A stretch of DNA of 64,000 bases. Source: Myxococcota bacterium. GTDB taxonomy: Bacteria > Myxococcota_A > UBA9160 > UBA4427. The stretch is taken from positions 53,251 to 117,250 of the forward strand of contig JAYZFK010000005.1 of NCBI GenBank assembly GCA_036336835.1, given 5' to 3'. The translations under genes and the position numbers were made by a program. Every line of letters starts with the position of its first letter. Positions within the stretch are counted from its first letter, which is position 1. This document shows positions 49,501-58,218 of the stretch, piece by piece. Under the pieces are notes generated by a model. The model was given only the letters and a program-made list of their open reading frames with translations. It had not been told where the DNA came from and did no database searches.

Positions 49501-50026
49501 GACGCGCGAGCGCGCCGCCGAGCTCGCGCCCGAGCAGCTGGCCCTGGCCGAGCGCAGCGGCGCGATCGGCGATGCACTGGCCATGCAGGCAGAGCAGGCC
49601 GCCACGGCGCCGCCCGAGCAGGCCGGCCCCGAGGCGGAGGAGGACGCACGGCGGCTGCGCGCCGCGGGCGAGCACGTCGTCAGCGCCCAGCTCGCGATGC
49701 GCGGGGCCGGCGAGGTGCTCGCCAACGACGCGACGCTCCTGCCACCCGCGCTCGAGCACCAGGCCACCGCACTCGAGGAGCTCGAGAAGGCACTCGAGCT
49801 GCTGGTGCCGCCGGGGCAGCGCCAGCCAGAGCAGGACCCCCAGCAACAGCAACAACAGCAGCCTGAACAGGAGGCGGGCGACGAGGAGGCCGAGGCGCGC
49901 GACAATCCCGGGGCCGAGGCGGATCCGTCACAGCTGCTGCAGAGCGTGCGTGACCGCGAGGCCGAGAGGCGGCGCGAGCGCGAGCGAAGCTCGTCGCGCT
50001 ACGAGCCGGTGGAAAAGGACTGGTGA
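46499..50026 (+). CDS. batB: BatB-like VWA protein fused to TPR and a long helical region (BatB/BatC fusion)
   Basis: RPQWG, DVSRSM, LITDGEDH, TM, TPR-like YNLG...RHNL, ~600 aa Ala/Glu helical region, poly-Q and the C-terminal EKDW. Confidence 0.85.
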   Translation: MNSTSLHFASPELASLLWVWLGFAVLLVLLERRGSGALDRLVAGALQSRLVERPANWRRWLRVALLLLASLFMVLALMRPQWGLRFVATPRVGAEIMIALDVSRSMLADDTKPSRLERAKAEVTDLLSYLGQDHVGLIAFAGRASVLSPMTPDRSFLRLVLDNVGPHSVSRGGTNLAEPILRAVSGLGEPGPAQRALILITDGEDHDSFALDAAKQAAEAGIKIIAIGFGDEAGSQIYLTDPRTRARTLLRDGSGDPVLSRLDGELLREIALATDGAYIPAGTGVLDLTSIYQEHIEGLTRSQLDSRGRSIRDEMYAWFVLLAIVCLVAAVAIAAGRGEAGARPGTRLAALALAIGLSLAPAVEAQPGPDEPDALATSEAPVDDDALAPESPGPVGVEETPREQFNRATAALANREPASAEPLLLESRQRATDDTELRYATAYNLGIAAVERAEAIEPAQPQEALEALYEAADWFRTASAQHPDDPDSRHNLDVALRKALILADFLAKQSERGLAEELDALLGAQRARVADAAGLLEQVVHGGELDGAERLRPAFAASATEQRTLLAEAAEFGERAALERDSIAAMNEQERSPQDAMRGAQLDAVLHYLDAALERMGQARSQLRKRSAERAYRRSSAALAELARARDQLRDPVEQIGVLMAEIGGLVRSSAALATEGKMLPGSSEPVRIPAFLTPESAQRDNDRVQERVAALAAGFEAGLEAAAQQADDPAAGAQPSSPEQQAMLAAVAEATPHVSAAAHGLGDASRVLGEQRYRETLEAQRLAGAALAEARERFFDLRQLLEAAYTDERQIAEIAGSSETEIARFHDEYAPALRELQNKNLGRGERLDDLLKKQAQEMEDAAAAAAVEAEGDPNAAEQIAAASKAQRERLGVASQLLTHALAAMDDAIEALGEDGATPQWPEAATAARQSADQLEILRTLFFSIVEHVRELARLQLELADRTQDAAALAAAEHGSASRAADAPGDDESQLPVPVPVRGPETRERAAELAPEQLALAERSGAIGDALAMQAEQAATAPPEQAGPEAEEDARRLRAAGEHVVSAQLAMRGAGEVLANDATLLPPALEHQATALEELEKALELLVPPGQRQPEQDPQQQQQQQPEQEAGDEEAEARDNPGAEADPSQLLQSVRDREAERRRERERSSSRYEPVEKDW

Positions 50027-51849
50027 GCGCAAGCGTGTCCCGACGTCGACGATCCCGCCGGTGCGCAGTCAGTTGTGCGGCGGCGCTGCTCTGCGCCCTG
50101 CCCGCGTTCGCGCAGAAGGTGCAGGTGCAGCTCGAGCGCGGTCCGCACTACGTCGGCGACGGCATCGACATCAACATCGTGGCCGAGGGTTTTGCGAAGG
50201 ACCCGCAGCCGGAGGTCCGGGCCCCCCAGCCAGCGCAGGGCAGCCTCAGCTATCACGGCGTCTCGCCGCAGGTTTCCTCATCGATCACGATCGTCAACGG
50301 CAGGATGACGCGCGAGCAGCGCGTGACGTTCGCCTATCACTACCGTTACGTGTCGATGCAGCCGGGTCGGATCGAGATCCCGGGGTTCCAGGTAATTCAG
50401 GGTTCGCTCGCGCGCGCGACGTCGCCCGTCCGCCTCCAGCTGCGCGAGATCCCGCGGAGCAACGAGATCGCCGTCGGTCTGGAGCTCCCCGAGGGTCCGT
50501 TGTTCGTCGGGCAGCGGGTCCGGGTCGCGGTCGAGTTCGCGATCTCGCGGCGGCTGCAGAGCGACCTCGTCTCCTACTCACTGCGCGTTCCGCTGTTCGA
50601 GTCGAATCGCTACCGGTTCTACGACGAGCCGCGGGGCAGCGGGGCCACCGAGCTGCAGATCCAGACCGACGAGGGCACACTGCTGCTCCCCGGCACCAGC
50701 CGCGAGGTCGAGCGAGACGGCAAGAAGTTCCTGATCGTGAGCGCCGAACGAACGATGATTCCGCTCGAGGCAGGGCTGACCGAGGCAGCGCCACCGAGCG
50801 TGATCGTGGACCGGGGGACGCAGTTTCGACGCGACATGTTCCGCACGCGTCAGGCAACCGCCGTCCAGAAGCTGATGGCGTCGGGACGACCTGTCTCGCT
50901 CGAGATCGCGGAGCTGCCGGGCCAGGGGCGGCCGGCCAGCTTCGCTGGCGCCCTGGGACGCGGCTTCTCGCTCGACGTCACCGCCGATCGCAGCGTCGTC
51001 CAGGTGGGCGAGCCAATCGTGCTCTCGTTCCGCGTGGCCGGGGACGGCGATCTCACGAGCGCGGCTCTGCCGCGCCTCGACGCTGAGGGGCTACTCGACC
51101 CCACGCGATTCCGAGTCCCCGACGAGCCGCCGCGGGGCCGCATCGACGAAGACGGCAAGCACTTCGAAGCGACCGTCCGCGTGCTCGACGCGGGCGTGCG
51201 CGAGATCCCCGCACTCGACTACTCCTGGTTCGACGCCGACACGCGGCGCTTCGAGACGACCCGCTCACAGCCGATCGCGCTCTCGGTGGGCGCGGCCGAG
51301 GTGATCGGCGCCGGCGCGGTCGAGCGACGCGAGCGGCCGGAGCGAGCGGACGCAGCTCCGGCAACGGGTCGCGAGCGAGCCGAGCCCGCGCTCATCGGAT
51401 CGCTCTCGCTGACCGGCGCCGACCTCGCCCTCGAGCGCGACACGACGACACTGTTGCGCGACGACCGGGCGGCAGGCAGGGGACCGGTCACTCTCGGGAG
51501 CCTGTACGCACTGGGGGTCGCGTTCGTTGGACTCGCCGTATTCGACCGGCGTCGACGCGACGTCGATCCGCGCGTCGTCGAACGGCGCCGCGACCTCGCC
51601 GAGGCACGACGCAAGGTCGAGGCCGCGCTGGAACGTCCGGAACGCGACGCAGCCGAGCTGCTGGCGCGCTCACTTCGGGCCATGCTCGCGAGCGTGCCCG
51701 ACGCCGGTGGGGCCGAGCTCGACGCAATGCTCGGAGAGTGCGACGCGCGCAGCTACGCGTTGGTCGGCGAGAGCAGCCGCGCGCTCCCGGATGAGCTGCA
51801 GAAGCGGGCCCGCAAGCTCGCGAGCGAGCTCGAAGAGGCGGGGCAATGA
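50023..51849 (+). CDS. batD: BatD family protein
   Basis: SSSITIVNG, P..F.GA.G.F, G.G.L and WFD...FE motifs, plus a C-terminal TM. Confidence 0.88.
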   Translation: MSASVSRRRRSRRCAVSCAAALLCALPAFAQKVQVQLERGPHYVGDGIDINIVAEGFAKDPQPEVRAPQPAQGSLSYHGVSPQVSSSITIVNGRMTREQRVTFAYHYRYVSMQPGRIEIPGFQVIQGSLARATSPVRLQLREIPRSNEIAVGLELPEGPLFVGQRVRVAVEFAISRRLQSDLVSYSLRVPLFESNRYRFYDEPRGSGATELQIQTDEGTLLLPGTSREVERDGKKFLIVSAERTMIPLEAGLTEAAPPSVIVDRGTQFRRDMFRTRQATAVQKLMASGRPVSLEIAELPGQGRPASFAGALGRGFSLDVTADRSVVQVGEPIVLSFRVAGDGDLTSAALPRLDAEGLLDPTRFRVPDEPPRGRIDEDGKHFEATVRVLDAGVREIPALDYSWFDADTRRFETTRSQPIALSVGAAEVIGAGAVERRERPERADAAPATGRERAEPALIGSLSLTGADLALERDTTTLLRDDRAAGRGPVTLGSLYALGVAFVGLAVFDRRRRDVDPRVVERRRDLAEARRKVEAALERPERDAAELLARSLRAMLASVPDAGGAELDAMLGECDARSYALVGESSRALPDELQKRARKLASELEEAGQ

Positions 51850-52637
51850 GATCGCTCGCTGTTGGCGTAGTCGCACTGCTCGCGGTGTCGGCGGCGGCGG
51901 ACGACTCGCGGCTGGAATGGCTGAACCACGCCCTCGAGACCTACGCCGCAACACTCGAGGAGAGCGACCGCAACGCGCGCCTCGCAGGCTTCGCACGGGC
52001 GGAGCGCCTGTTCGCCAGTGTCGTCGGGTCGGGAGCCCACAATGCCGCCCTGCAGGCGAATCTCGGCAATGCGGCCCTTCAGGCCGAGCACCGCGGCCGC
52101 GCCGTACTCGCCTATCGCCGCGCTCTCGAGCTCGACGCCGACTTCCCGCGCGCGCTGCAGAACCTCGAGCACGTGCGCACACTGCTGCCGAGCTGGCTGC
52201 CGCGGCCCCAACCGGCCGGGGCCTTCGACACCTTCTTGATCTACCGAACGCTCCCGGATGCCGATCGCGCGTTCGCCGGCAGCGTGGCCTTCGCACTCGG
52301 CGGTCTGCTGATCGCACTCTCGATCCGCTGGCACCAGGGCGCGCTGCGCGGCGCCGGCATGCTCGCGCTCACCGCCTCGGCACTGCTCGTCGGATCGACC
52401 TGGCTCGATGGAAGCGGCGACGACGCGCGCGGTGCCGTCATTACGGCCGACGAGGTGCTGGCGCGCTCGGCGGACTCGGCGCTCGCCCCGCTGGCCTTCT
52501 CGGAGCCACTGCCCGGTGGGACCGAGGTGACGCTGGTGGAAGTCCGCTCGCCCTGGGCCCGCGTGCGACTCGCCAACGGCCGCGATGCCTGGGTCAACGA
52601 ATCGAGCGTCACGCCCATCAGGCCGGGCCCGGACTAG
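51846..52637 (+). CDS. batE: BatE-like TPR + SH3 protein
   Basis: NLGNA...AVLAYRRAL..., two TMs and a C-terminal SH3-like GTEV...W.RV.L.NG..AWV. Confidence 0.85.
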   Translation: MRSLAVGVVALLAVSAAADDSRLEWLNHALETYAATLEESDRNARLAGFARAERLFASVVGSGAHNAALQANLGNAALQAEHRGRAVLAYRRALELDADFPRALQNLEHVRTLLPSWLPRPQPAGAFDTFLIYRTLPDADRAFAGSVAFALGGLLIALSIRWHQGALRGAGMLALTASALLVGSTWLDGSGDDARGAVITADEVLARSADSALAPLAFSEPLPGGTEVTLVEVRSPWARVRLANGRDAWVNESSVTPIRPGPD

Positions 52638-52677
52638 CGCGCGCGGCTTCGCGAACCTCCGAGCACGCTGCGTCGAG

Positions 52678-53886
52678 CTAGCGCAGCTCGCTCGGCGTCT
52701 GCTGCTTCATGATGTCGCGCGCGAGGTAGAGGCGGAGCGGGCGAGAGGGCACTCGCTCTGCCAGGAGCGCGCGGACGTAGTTGAGCCAGCCCGACACGAC
52801 CGACGGCTGCTTACCCAGAGCATCGAGTGCGATCTCGACCACGCGGCTGGCGGGCGCGCCAGGGTGCGCGTTCTCCCCAGCGACCGACTGGAACTCGGTC
52901 GCGGTCGAGCCGGGCTCGACCACCAGCACGTCGACCCCGCTCCCGCGCGCCTCGATGTAGAGCGCCTCGCCGAGATAGTTGTCGAACGCCTTGCTCGCGC
53001 TGTAGACCGCGTGGAGCGGCAGGGGCTGCCGGCCCGCGACCGAGCCGGTGAACACCACGGCCCCGCTCCCGCGCGCGTGCATTCCCGGAAGCAGCCGCGC
53101 CGTCAGCACCGCAGGGGCGACACAGTTGGTCGTGATCAGCTGACGAACGCGCACCGGATCCTGCAGGTCGAAACGTCCGGCGTAGCCCGCTCCCGCGTTG
53201 TTGACCAGGATGCTGATCTGCAGATCGCGGACAGCGTCGGCGAGCTCGTCGGCACCCGCTTCGGTGGACAGGTCCACCGCGACCACGCGCGTCTGGATGC
53301 TGCGGTCCTGCTCGAGCTCAGTGGCGAGCTCGCGCAGCCGATCGTCGCGGCGCGCGGCCAATACCAGGTTTACGTGATCGCGCGCGAGCGCCCGCGCGAA
53401 CTCCATTCCGATTCCAGAGGACGCGCCCGTAACCAGCCCCCACTCTCCGTAGCGCTCCCGCAAGTTACTGCGCAGCTCGCGGAATTCCTCCGCACTCCAG
53501 AACGCGCCCGCCAGCAGCGCGAAGGGGATTGCACCGATCGTCCCCACGAACAGTGGCAGCAGCCAGCCCTCGAGGTAGACCAGATTCCAGACGAACATGC
53601 CGATCGCGATCTGCGCGCTGTAGAGCGCGGCGAACGTGCCGGCCCACGGGCGCATGCGCCGAATTCCGTACGTGAGCAGGGCGTAGACGATCCAGTGTGG
53701 AATCTCGAGCAGCTTGGCGGTCGCCCCGGTGAACTGGATGCCGAACCAGACCTCCTGGTCGTGCGCCGCCGGCTTCCAGAGGAAATCCCACGGCACATAC
53801 ACGAAGGTCATGTAGGCGCAGAACACCAGCGCCGCGTTCATCCAGACGGGCCGACCCCGAAACACATCCGAAAACCAGTCGCGCAT
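52678..53886 (-). CDS. SDR oxidoreductase fused to an N-terminal 4-TM domain
   Basis: ~140-aa hydrophobic N-terminus, then TGASSGIG, NNAG and YSASK. Confidence 0.88.
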   Translation of the reverse strand: MRDWFSDVFRGRPVWMNAALVFCAYMTFVYVPWDFLWKPAAHDQEVWFGIQFTGATAKLLEIPHWIVYALLTYGIRRMRPWAGTFAALYSAQIAIGMFVWNLVYLEGWLLPLFVGTIGAIPFALLAGAFWSAEEFRELRSNLRERYGEWGLVTGASSGIGMEFARALARDHVNLVLAARRDDRLRELATELEQDRSIQTRVVAVDLSTEAGADELADAVRDLQISILVNNAGAGYAGRFDLQDPVRVRQLITTNCVAPAVLTARLLPGMHARGSGAVVFTGSVAGRQPLPLHAVYSASKAFDNYLGEALYIEARGSGVDVLVVEPGSTATEFQSVAGENAHPGAPASRVVEIALDALGKQPSVVSGWLNYVRALLAERVPSRPLRLYLARDIMKQQTPSELR

Positions 53887-54087
53887 CCGGGCTCCCCGGA
53901 GCACAGGCTACCGAACTGACGGCCCGCGTCCGAGAGAGCGATCCGGGCGCGGGCCCCCGACCCCAGCAGCCCCAGCCAGATGGAGCCCCGGGCTCGTCCA
54001 GCGGACCGGGGCCAGCGGCGGCCTCGGCCCGCCTGCGCAAACCCGATCTCGATCTCAGCCCCCGGACTCGAGACACGAGGAGCGCGC

Positions 54088-54822
54088 CTAGATCAGGCCG
54101 CCGTTCACCCCGATCACCTGGCCCGTCAGGTACCCCGCCCCCTCCGAGAACAGGAAGCGGACGACCGCGGCCACCTCGTCGGGCCGACCCAGCCGCTGCA
54201 TCGGGATCGCCTCCACCAGCTGATCGACGCGAACTCCCTCGAGCATTTCCGTCTCGATCAGGCCCGGCGCGACGCTGTTGACGGTGATGCTGCGTGTCGC
54301 GAGCTCCTGGGCTAGCGACTTGCTGGCCGCGATCAGGCCGGCCTTGGAGGCGCTGTAGTTGGTCTGACCGCGCTGCCCGGCGAGTCCCGCGACCGACGAG
54401 ATCGTGACGATGCGTCCGCCCTGGCGGGCTCGGACCATCGGCATGATCAGCGGGTGCAGCACGTTGTAGAAGCCATCGAGGTTGGTGCGCAGCACGTGGT
54501 CCCACTGCTCGCCCGTCATCCCGGGGAAAACGGCGTCTGCCGTCACTCCCGCGTTGCACACCACACCGTAGTAGACACCACCGGCCTCGATGTCCTTGCC
54601 GAGGGTCTGCTCACAGCCCCCGCGATCGGCGACGTCGAGTGCGAGAGCGGTGCCGCAGCCGCCGGCCCCCTCGATCTCGCCGAGCACCGCCTGCGCGGCA
54701 CCCCCACCGCTTCGATAGGCGACGGTCGTATCGAAGCCCGCCGCAGCGAGTTCGAGCGCGATCGCGCGGCCGATACCGCGGCTCGCTCCAGTCACCAGGA
54801 CGCGTCTTCGATCTTCGCTCAC
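54088..54822 (-). CDS. fabG: 3-oxoacyl-ACP reductase (ApeQ-like)
   Basis: VTGASRGIG, NAG, YSASK and VNGG. NLDGFYNVL.P is characteristic of APE-cluster FabG. Confidence 0.92.
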   Translation of the reverse strand: MSEDRRRVLVTGASRGIGRAIALELAAAGFDTTVAYRSGGGAAQAVLGEIEGAGGCGTALALDVADRGGCEQTLGKDIEAGGVYYGVVCNAGVTADAVFPGMTGEQWDHVLRTNLDGFYNVLHPLIMPMVRARQGGRIVTISSVAGLAGQRGQTNYSASKAGLIAASKSLAQELATRSITVNSVAPGLIETEMLEGVRVDQLVEAIPMQRLGRPDEVAAVVRFLFSEGAGYLTGQVIGVNGGLI

Positions 54823-54832
54823 GGTCGAGGCC

Positions 54833-55588
54833 TCACTCTCGGCTGCGGACTCTTCGGCCCCGCGACCAGCGCGCGATGAGTCGAGGTGACCGCAGCAGCA
54901 TACCGACGACGAGCCGTGCGTGAACCCCTGCGATGCGCAGCGTGTCCCGCACCGGCGCAAAGTGCGACAGGCCGCCGCTCGGGTAGACGACTCGCGTCGG
55001 AACGTTCACCACGGGCACACCGCGCCACACCAGACGCACGGCGATCTCTGGGTCGAACTCCATGTGATCGCCGAGCTCACGTTCGGAGAGCAGCGCGACG
55101 GTGGGAGCCAGCGGAAAGCAGCGGAAGCCGCACAGCGGGTCGCCGATCGCGAACGACAGGGTCTCGAGCCAGACCAGGACCTGCGAAAGCTTGCGTCCAT
55201 AGATGCGCGACCGCGGCGCGCTGCTGTCGAACACCGGCCTCCCGAGCACCAGCACGTCCGGGCGGTCGCTCGCGGCCTCGAGCAGACGCCCTACGTCGGC
55301 GGGATCGTGCTGGCCGTCGGCATCGAGCTGGAGCGCGTGGCTGAAGCCGCGCCTCGCGGCGTGGCGATACCCGTCGCGCAGCGCCGCCCCACGGCCGCCG
55401 TTGCCGGGCCGCCGGTGCAACTCGAGCCAGGGATGGAGCGCTGCGAGCGCGTCGAGTTCGCGCCGGGTCGGCTCACCGCTTCCGTCGTCGACCACGATCA
55501 GCGGCAGCCGATACGGGGAGAGCGCACGGACGACTCCGCCGATGGTTTCCCCGTGGTCGTAGACCGGAATCAGCAGGCACGGGTTCAC
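54833..55588 (-). CDS. Glycosyltransferase family 2 (ApeJ N-terminal-like)
   Basis: LIPVYDH, VDDGS, QLDADGQH, D.LCGFR.FP and MEFDPE motifs. Confidence 0.92.
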   Translation of the reverse strand: MNPCLLIPVYDHGETIGGVVRALSPYRLPLIVVDDGSGEPTRRELDALAALHPWLELHRRPGNGGRGAALRDGYRHAARRGFSHALQLDADGQHDPADVGRLLEAASDRPDVLVLGRPVFDSSAPRSRIYGRKLSQVLVWLETLSFAIGDPLCGFRCFPLAPTVALLSERELGDHMEFDPEIAVRLVWRGVPVVNVPTRVVYPSGGLSHFAPVRDTLRIAGVHARLVVGMLLRSPRLIARWSRGRRVRSRE

Positions 55589-57411
55589 GCGTCCGACTCC
55601 GCTAGAGAGGATGCAGCAACGAGCACCACCCGCCCCGAGGCAAACTCCCGCGCGTCGGGCTCCTCGGGATCGAACAAGCGAAAGCGGATGCGCGTCGCCC
55701 CGCTCGAACTGCGCTGCTCGACGCGCAGCACGCACTCGTCGCCGGGTGCGAGCGACGCGCTGAACTTGAGCGCCTCGACGCGGATCGGCGCGAGCTCGTA
55801 CCCCGCCAGCTGCCGGGCGAGCTCGACCGCCCAGTCGAGCTGCACGGTTCCGGGCACGATTGGCGCACCCGGGAAGTGCCCCTCGAGCGAGGCGAGAGCT
55901 TCGGGCACTCGACCCCGGAGCTCGATCCAGCCAGAGCCGGTCTGACGCGTACGCCACGCTGCCTCGCGCGGTCGCCCGGTCGCTGTCGAACCCGTCTCGA
56001 ACAGCGCGCGCAGGGCACTCGCCGTGACCTTGCCCTGCTCGTCCTCCGGCAGTGCCTCGACGTACCGCCAGGCGCGCGGTACCAGCACGCGGTCGAAGTC
56101 GCGTGCGAGATGCTCCACCAGCGCCCGACCCAGCGCGCCGCGACCCTCTGCCTCGAGCATCCGGGCACCGAGCCCGCTCGGCACCACCACGGAGCCGATC
56201 CGCGCCTGCCCCGCCTGCTCGATCGGCGTCAGCGCGGCGCTCTCGATCGCGGGATGCGCGCGCAGGCGCGATTCCATTTCGGCGAGTTCGAGACGCTTCT
56301 CACCGATCTTCACCACCCGATCGACCCGGCCACCGAGCTCGAAGCGCCCATCGGCGTGCAACCTCGCGCGATCGCCCATCGCGAAGCCCGAGTCCTCGTT
56401 CTCGCTCAGCGCCGGCGAGCGCACGCGAAGGCGCGACGCATCGTCGTCGATGCTCAGCTCGACACCGGCAAAGGGCGTCCACGCGACGCGGTCGCCAGAC
56501 GCCGCGCGCTGCTGGCGATGGCCGACGCCTCCCGTCTCGGTCGAGCCAAACACCTCGATCGGAGCCTCGCCGCTCGCCCGCTCCCAGGCGTGAGCGGTCT
56601 CCGCGAGCAGCGGTCCGCCAGACGAGAAGACGGTGCAGCGTGCGCGAGACAGCTGCGCGATTCCGGTCGAGGACACGAGCCGCACGAGGTGCGCCGGCAC
56701 GCTAGCGAGGACCGAACGTTCGTCGGCCACGAGTCGTGGCAACAGCTCCTCGGCGTGGAGCAGCCGATCGCAACAGAACGGCCGAAGCGAGGCGAGCGGC
56801 CAGAGCACGCGGAAGAGCAGCCCGTACAGATGCTGATGGGATGCCGTCGCGTGCACGCGCGCTCCGGCGAGGTCGGCCCCGAAGGTGGCCTCGAGGGTTC
56901 GTACCTCGTCGTCGAGATGACGCAGACGCTTGAGCGAGGCCTTCCCGTCGCCGGTAGTCCCCGACGTAAAGAGCTCGAGTGCCGCCGCCTCGCGATCGAG
57001 CTCGCGAAAGTCGTTGCTCATCGCGTCGCTCGACGCTTCGTCGCCGAGCGCGAATCCTGGCACACCGGGTAGCCAGGCCCCGTCCGAGCCGAGTGCCACC
57101 GTCACGGACTCGCGCAAGCGCTCGAGACTCCCCGGCTGCACATTGGGCGGGAGCACTGCGACCGCACCCACTTGCCAGCACGCAAACAAGCCGAGCGAGA
57201 AAGCGTAGGGATCGTCGTCGTAGAGCGCGATGCGCGCACCGCCGCCGAGGCCGGCATCCGCCAGGCGATCGCGCAACGTCGCGACGCCGGCCGTCCAGTC
57301 GGCGCGCGAGTGGCTCACCAGAGCGACGCCCTCGCGACGGAACGCAACGACGCTGCGGCGGTCCACTGTCCGGGTGAGCAGGTGCGCTAGCGAGGGGGTT
57401 GCGTCCTCCAA
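55585..57411 (-). CDS. AMP-binding acyl-CoA/ACP synthetase fused to a hotdog dehydratase (ApeH-ApeI-like)
   Basis: FTSGTTG, HLYGLLF, FGSTETGG and DRVVKIGEKR, plus C-terminal GHFPG.PIVPG.VQ. Confidence 0.9.
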   Translation of the reverse strand: MEDATPSLAHLLTRTVDRRSVVAFRREGVALVSHSRADWTAGVATLRDRLADAGLGGGARIALYDDDPYAFSLGLFACWQVGAVAVLPPNVQPGSLERLRESVTVALGSDGAWLPGVPGFALGDEASSDAMSNDFRELDREAAALELFTSGTTGDGKASLKRLRHLDDEVRTLEATFGADLAGARVHATASHQHLYGLLFRVLWPLASLRPFCCDRLLHAEELLPRLVADERSVLASVPAHLVRLVSSTGIAQLSRARCTVFSSGGPLLAETAHAWERASGEAPIEVFGSTETGGVGHRQQRAASGDRVAWTPFAGVELSIDDDASRLRVRSPALSENEDSGFAMGDRARLHADGRFELGGRVDRVVKIGEKRLELAEMESRLRAHPAIESAALTPIEQAGQARIGSVVVPSGLGARMLEAEGRGALGRALVEHLARDFDRVLVPRAWRYVEALPEDEQGKVTASALRALFETGSTATGRPREAAWRTRQTGSGWIELRGRVPEALASLEGHFPGAPIVPGTVQLDWAVELARQLAGYELAPIRVEALKFSASLAPGDECVLRVEQRSSSGATRIRFRLFDPEEPDAREFASGRVVLVAASSLAESDA

Positions 57412-57418
57412 CGCGGAC

Positions 57419-58195
57419 TCAGGCTCGCACGTGTTCGAGCTGCTTGCTGAGCTGCTCGCAGAGAGCCGACGTCAGCTGGCGCGCCGCGATCGGCCGGGGT
57501 ACCTCGGAGCGCAGCACGGGGTCGACACTGATCGGGTCCAGCACCCAGATGCGCAGCTCGATCGGGTGATGGCTCACCCGATACCAGGGCGCGTCCTTTC
57601 GAAACGCCGGGGGGTCACAGGTGACGACGACCGGCAGCAGATCGCGGCCCGTCCGCAGGGCGATGTGCGCCGCGCCGCGCGTGAACGGATGCAGTCCCCG
57701 CGCCGGCGAGCGCGTCCCTTCCGGGAACAGCAACAACGATGCGCCTTCCTCGATCCGGGCGACGCAGGCGTCGACGACTTCGACACCGTCCCCGTCGAAC
57801 GGGAACCCGGCCTCGAGGATGACGCGACGGAACACCGGTCGATCCCAGTGCTTGCGCCGCGTGACGCAGACACCGTCGTCGAGCAGCGAGAGCAGCCCCA
57901 GCGCGTCGAGCATCGTCGGGTGGTTGGCCACGACGATGCGCCCGGGGCCGCGCAGCCGGGACGCGCCTTCCACCCGCAGCCGCAGCACACCGAGCCATCC
58001 ACCCAGGCGCACGAAACCGCGGAAGATGCGCTTCATCGCGCGACGCACACGCGCGGCGGGCTGCACTTCATCCGAGCTGGTCAGCCGCACCCAGGGCACA
58101 ACGAACAGCCCGGCGGCCAGGGCCACCACCGCGAAGGCAGCGAGCAGTCCGCCACAGGCGAGCACGCGCGATCCCCTGACAAGCCGGTCCAGCAT
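57419..58195 (-). CDS. Lysophospholipid (PlsC-type) acyltransferase (ApeD-like)
   Basis: VANHPTMLD (HX4D), FPEGTRS, F.RGAA and K..PWY motifs. Confidence 0.9.
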   Translation of the reverse strand: MLDRLVRGSRVLACGGLLAAFAVVALAAGLFVVPWVRLTSSDEVQPAARVRRAMKRIFRGFVRLGGWLGVLRLRVEGASRLRGPGRIVVANHPTMLDALGLLSLLDDGVCVTRRKHWDRPVFRRVILEAGFPFDGDGVEVVDACVARIEEGASLLLFPEGTRSPARGLHPFTRGAAHIALRTGRDLLPVVVTCDPPAFRKDAPWYRVSHHPIELRIWVLDPISVDPVLRSEVPRPIAARQLTSALCEQLSKQLEHVRA

Positions 58196-58218
58196 CGACC
58201 CTCCGCCGGTCGAGGGTA

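Noticed and set aside
47006..49855. 949-aa minus-strand ORF
   Set aside because: Antisense mirror of the batB fusion, with no motifs of its own.
49840..49870. CAG/CAA trinucleotide run
   Set aside because: Encodes the poly-Gln linker common in BatC-like proteins. It is not an independent repeat element.
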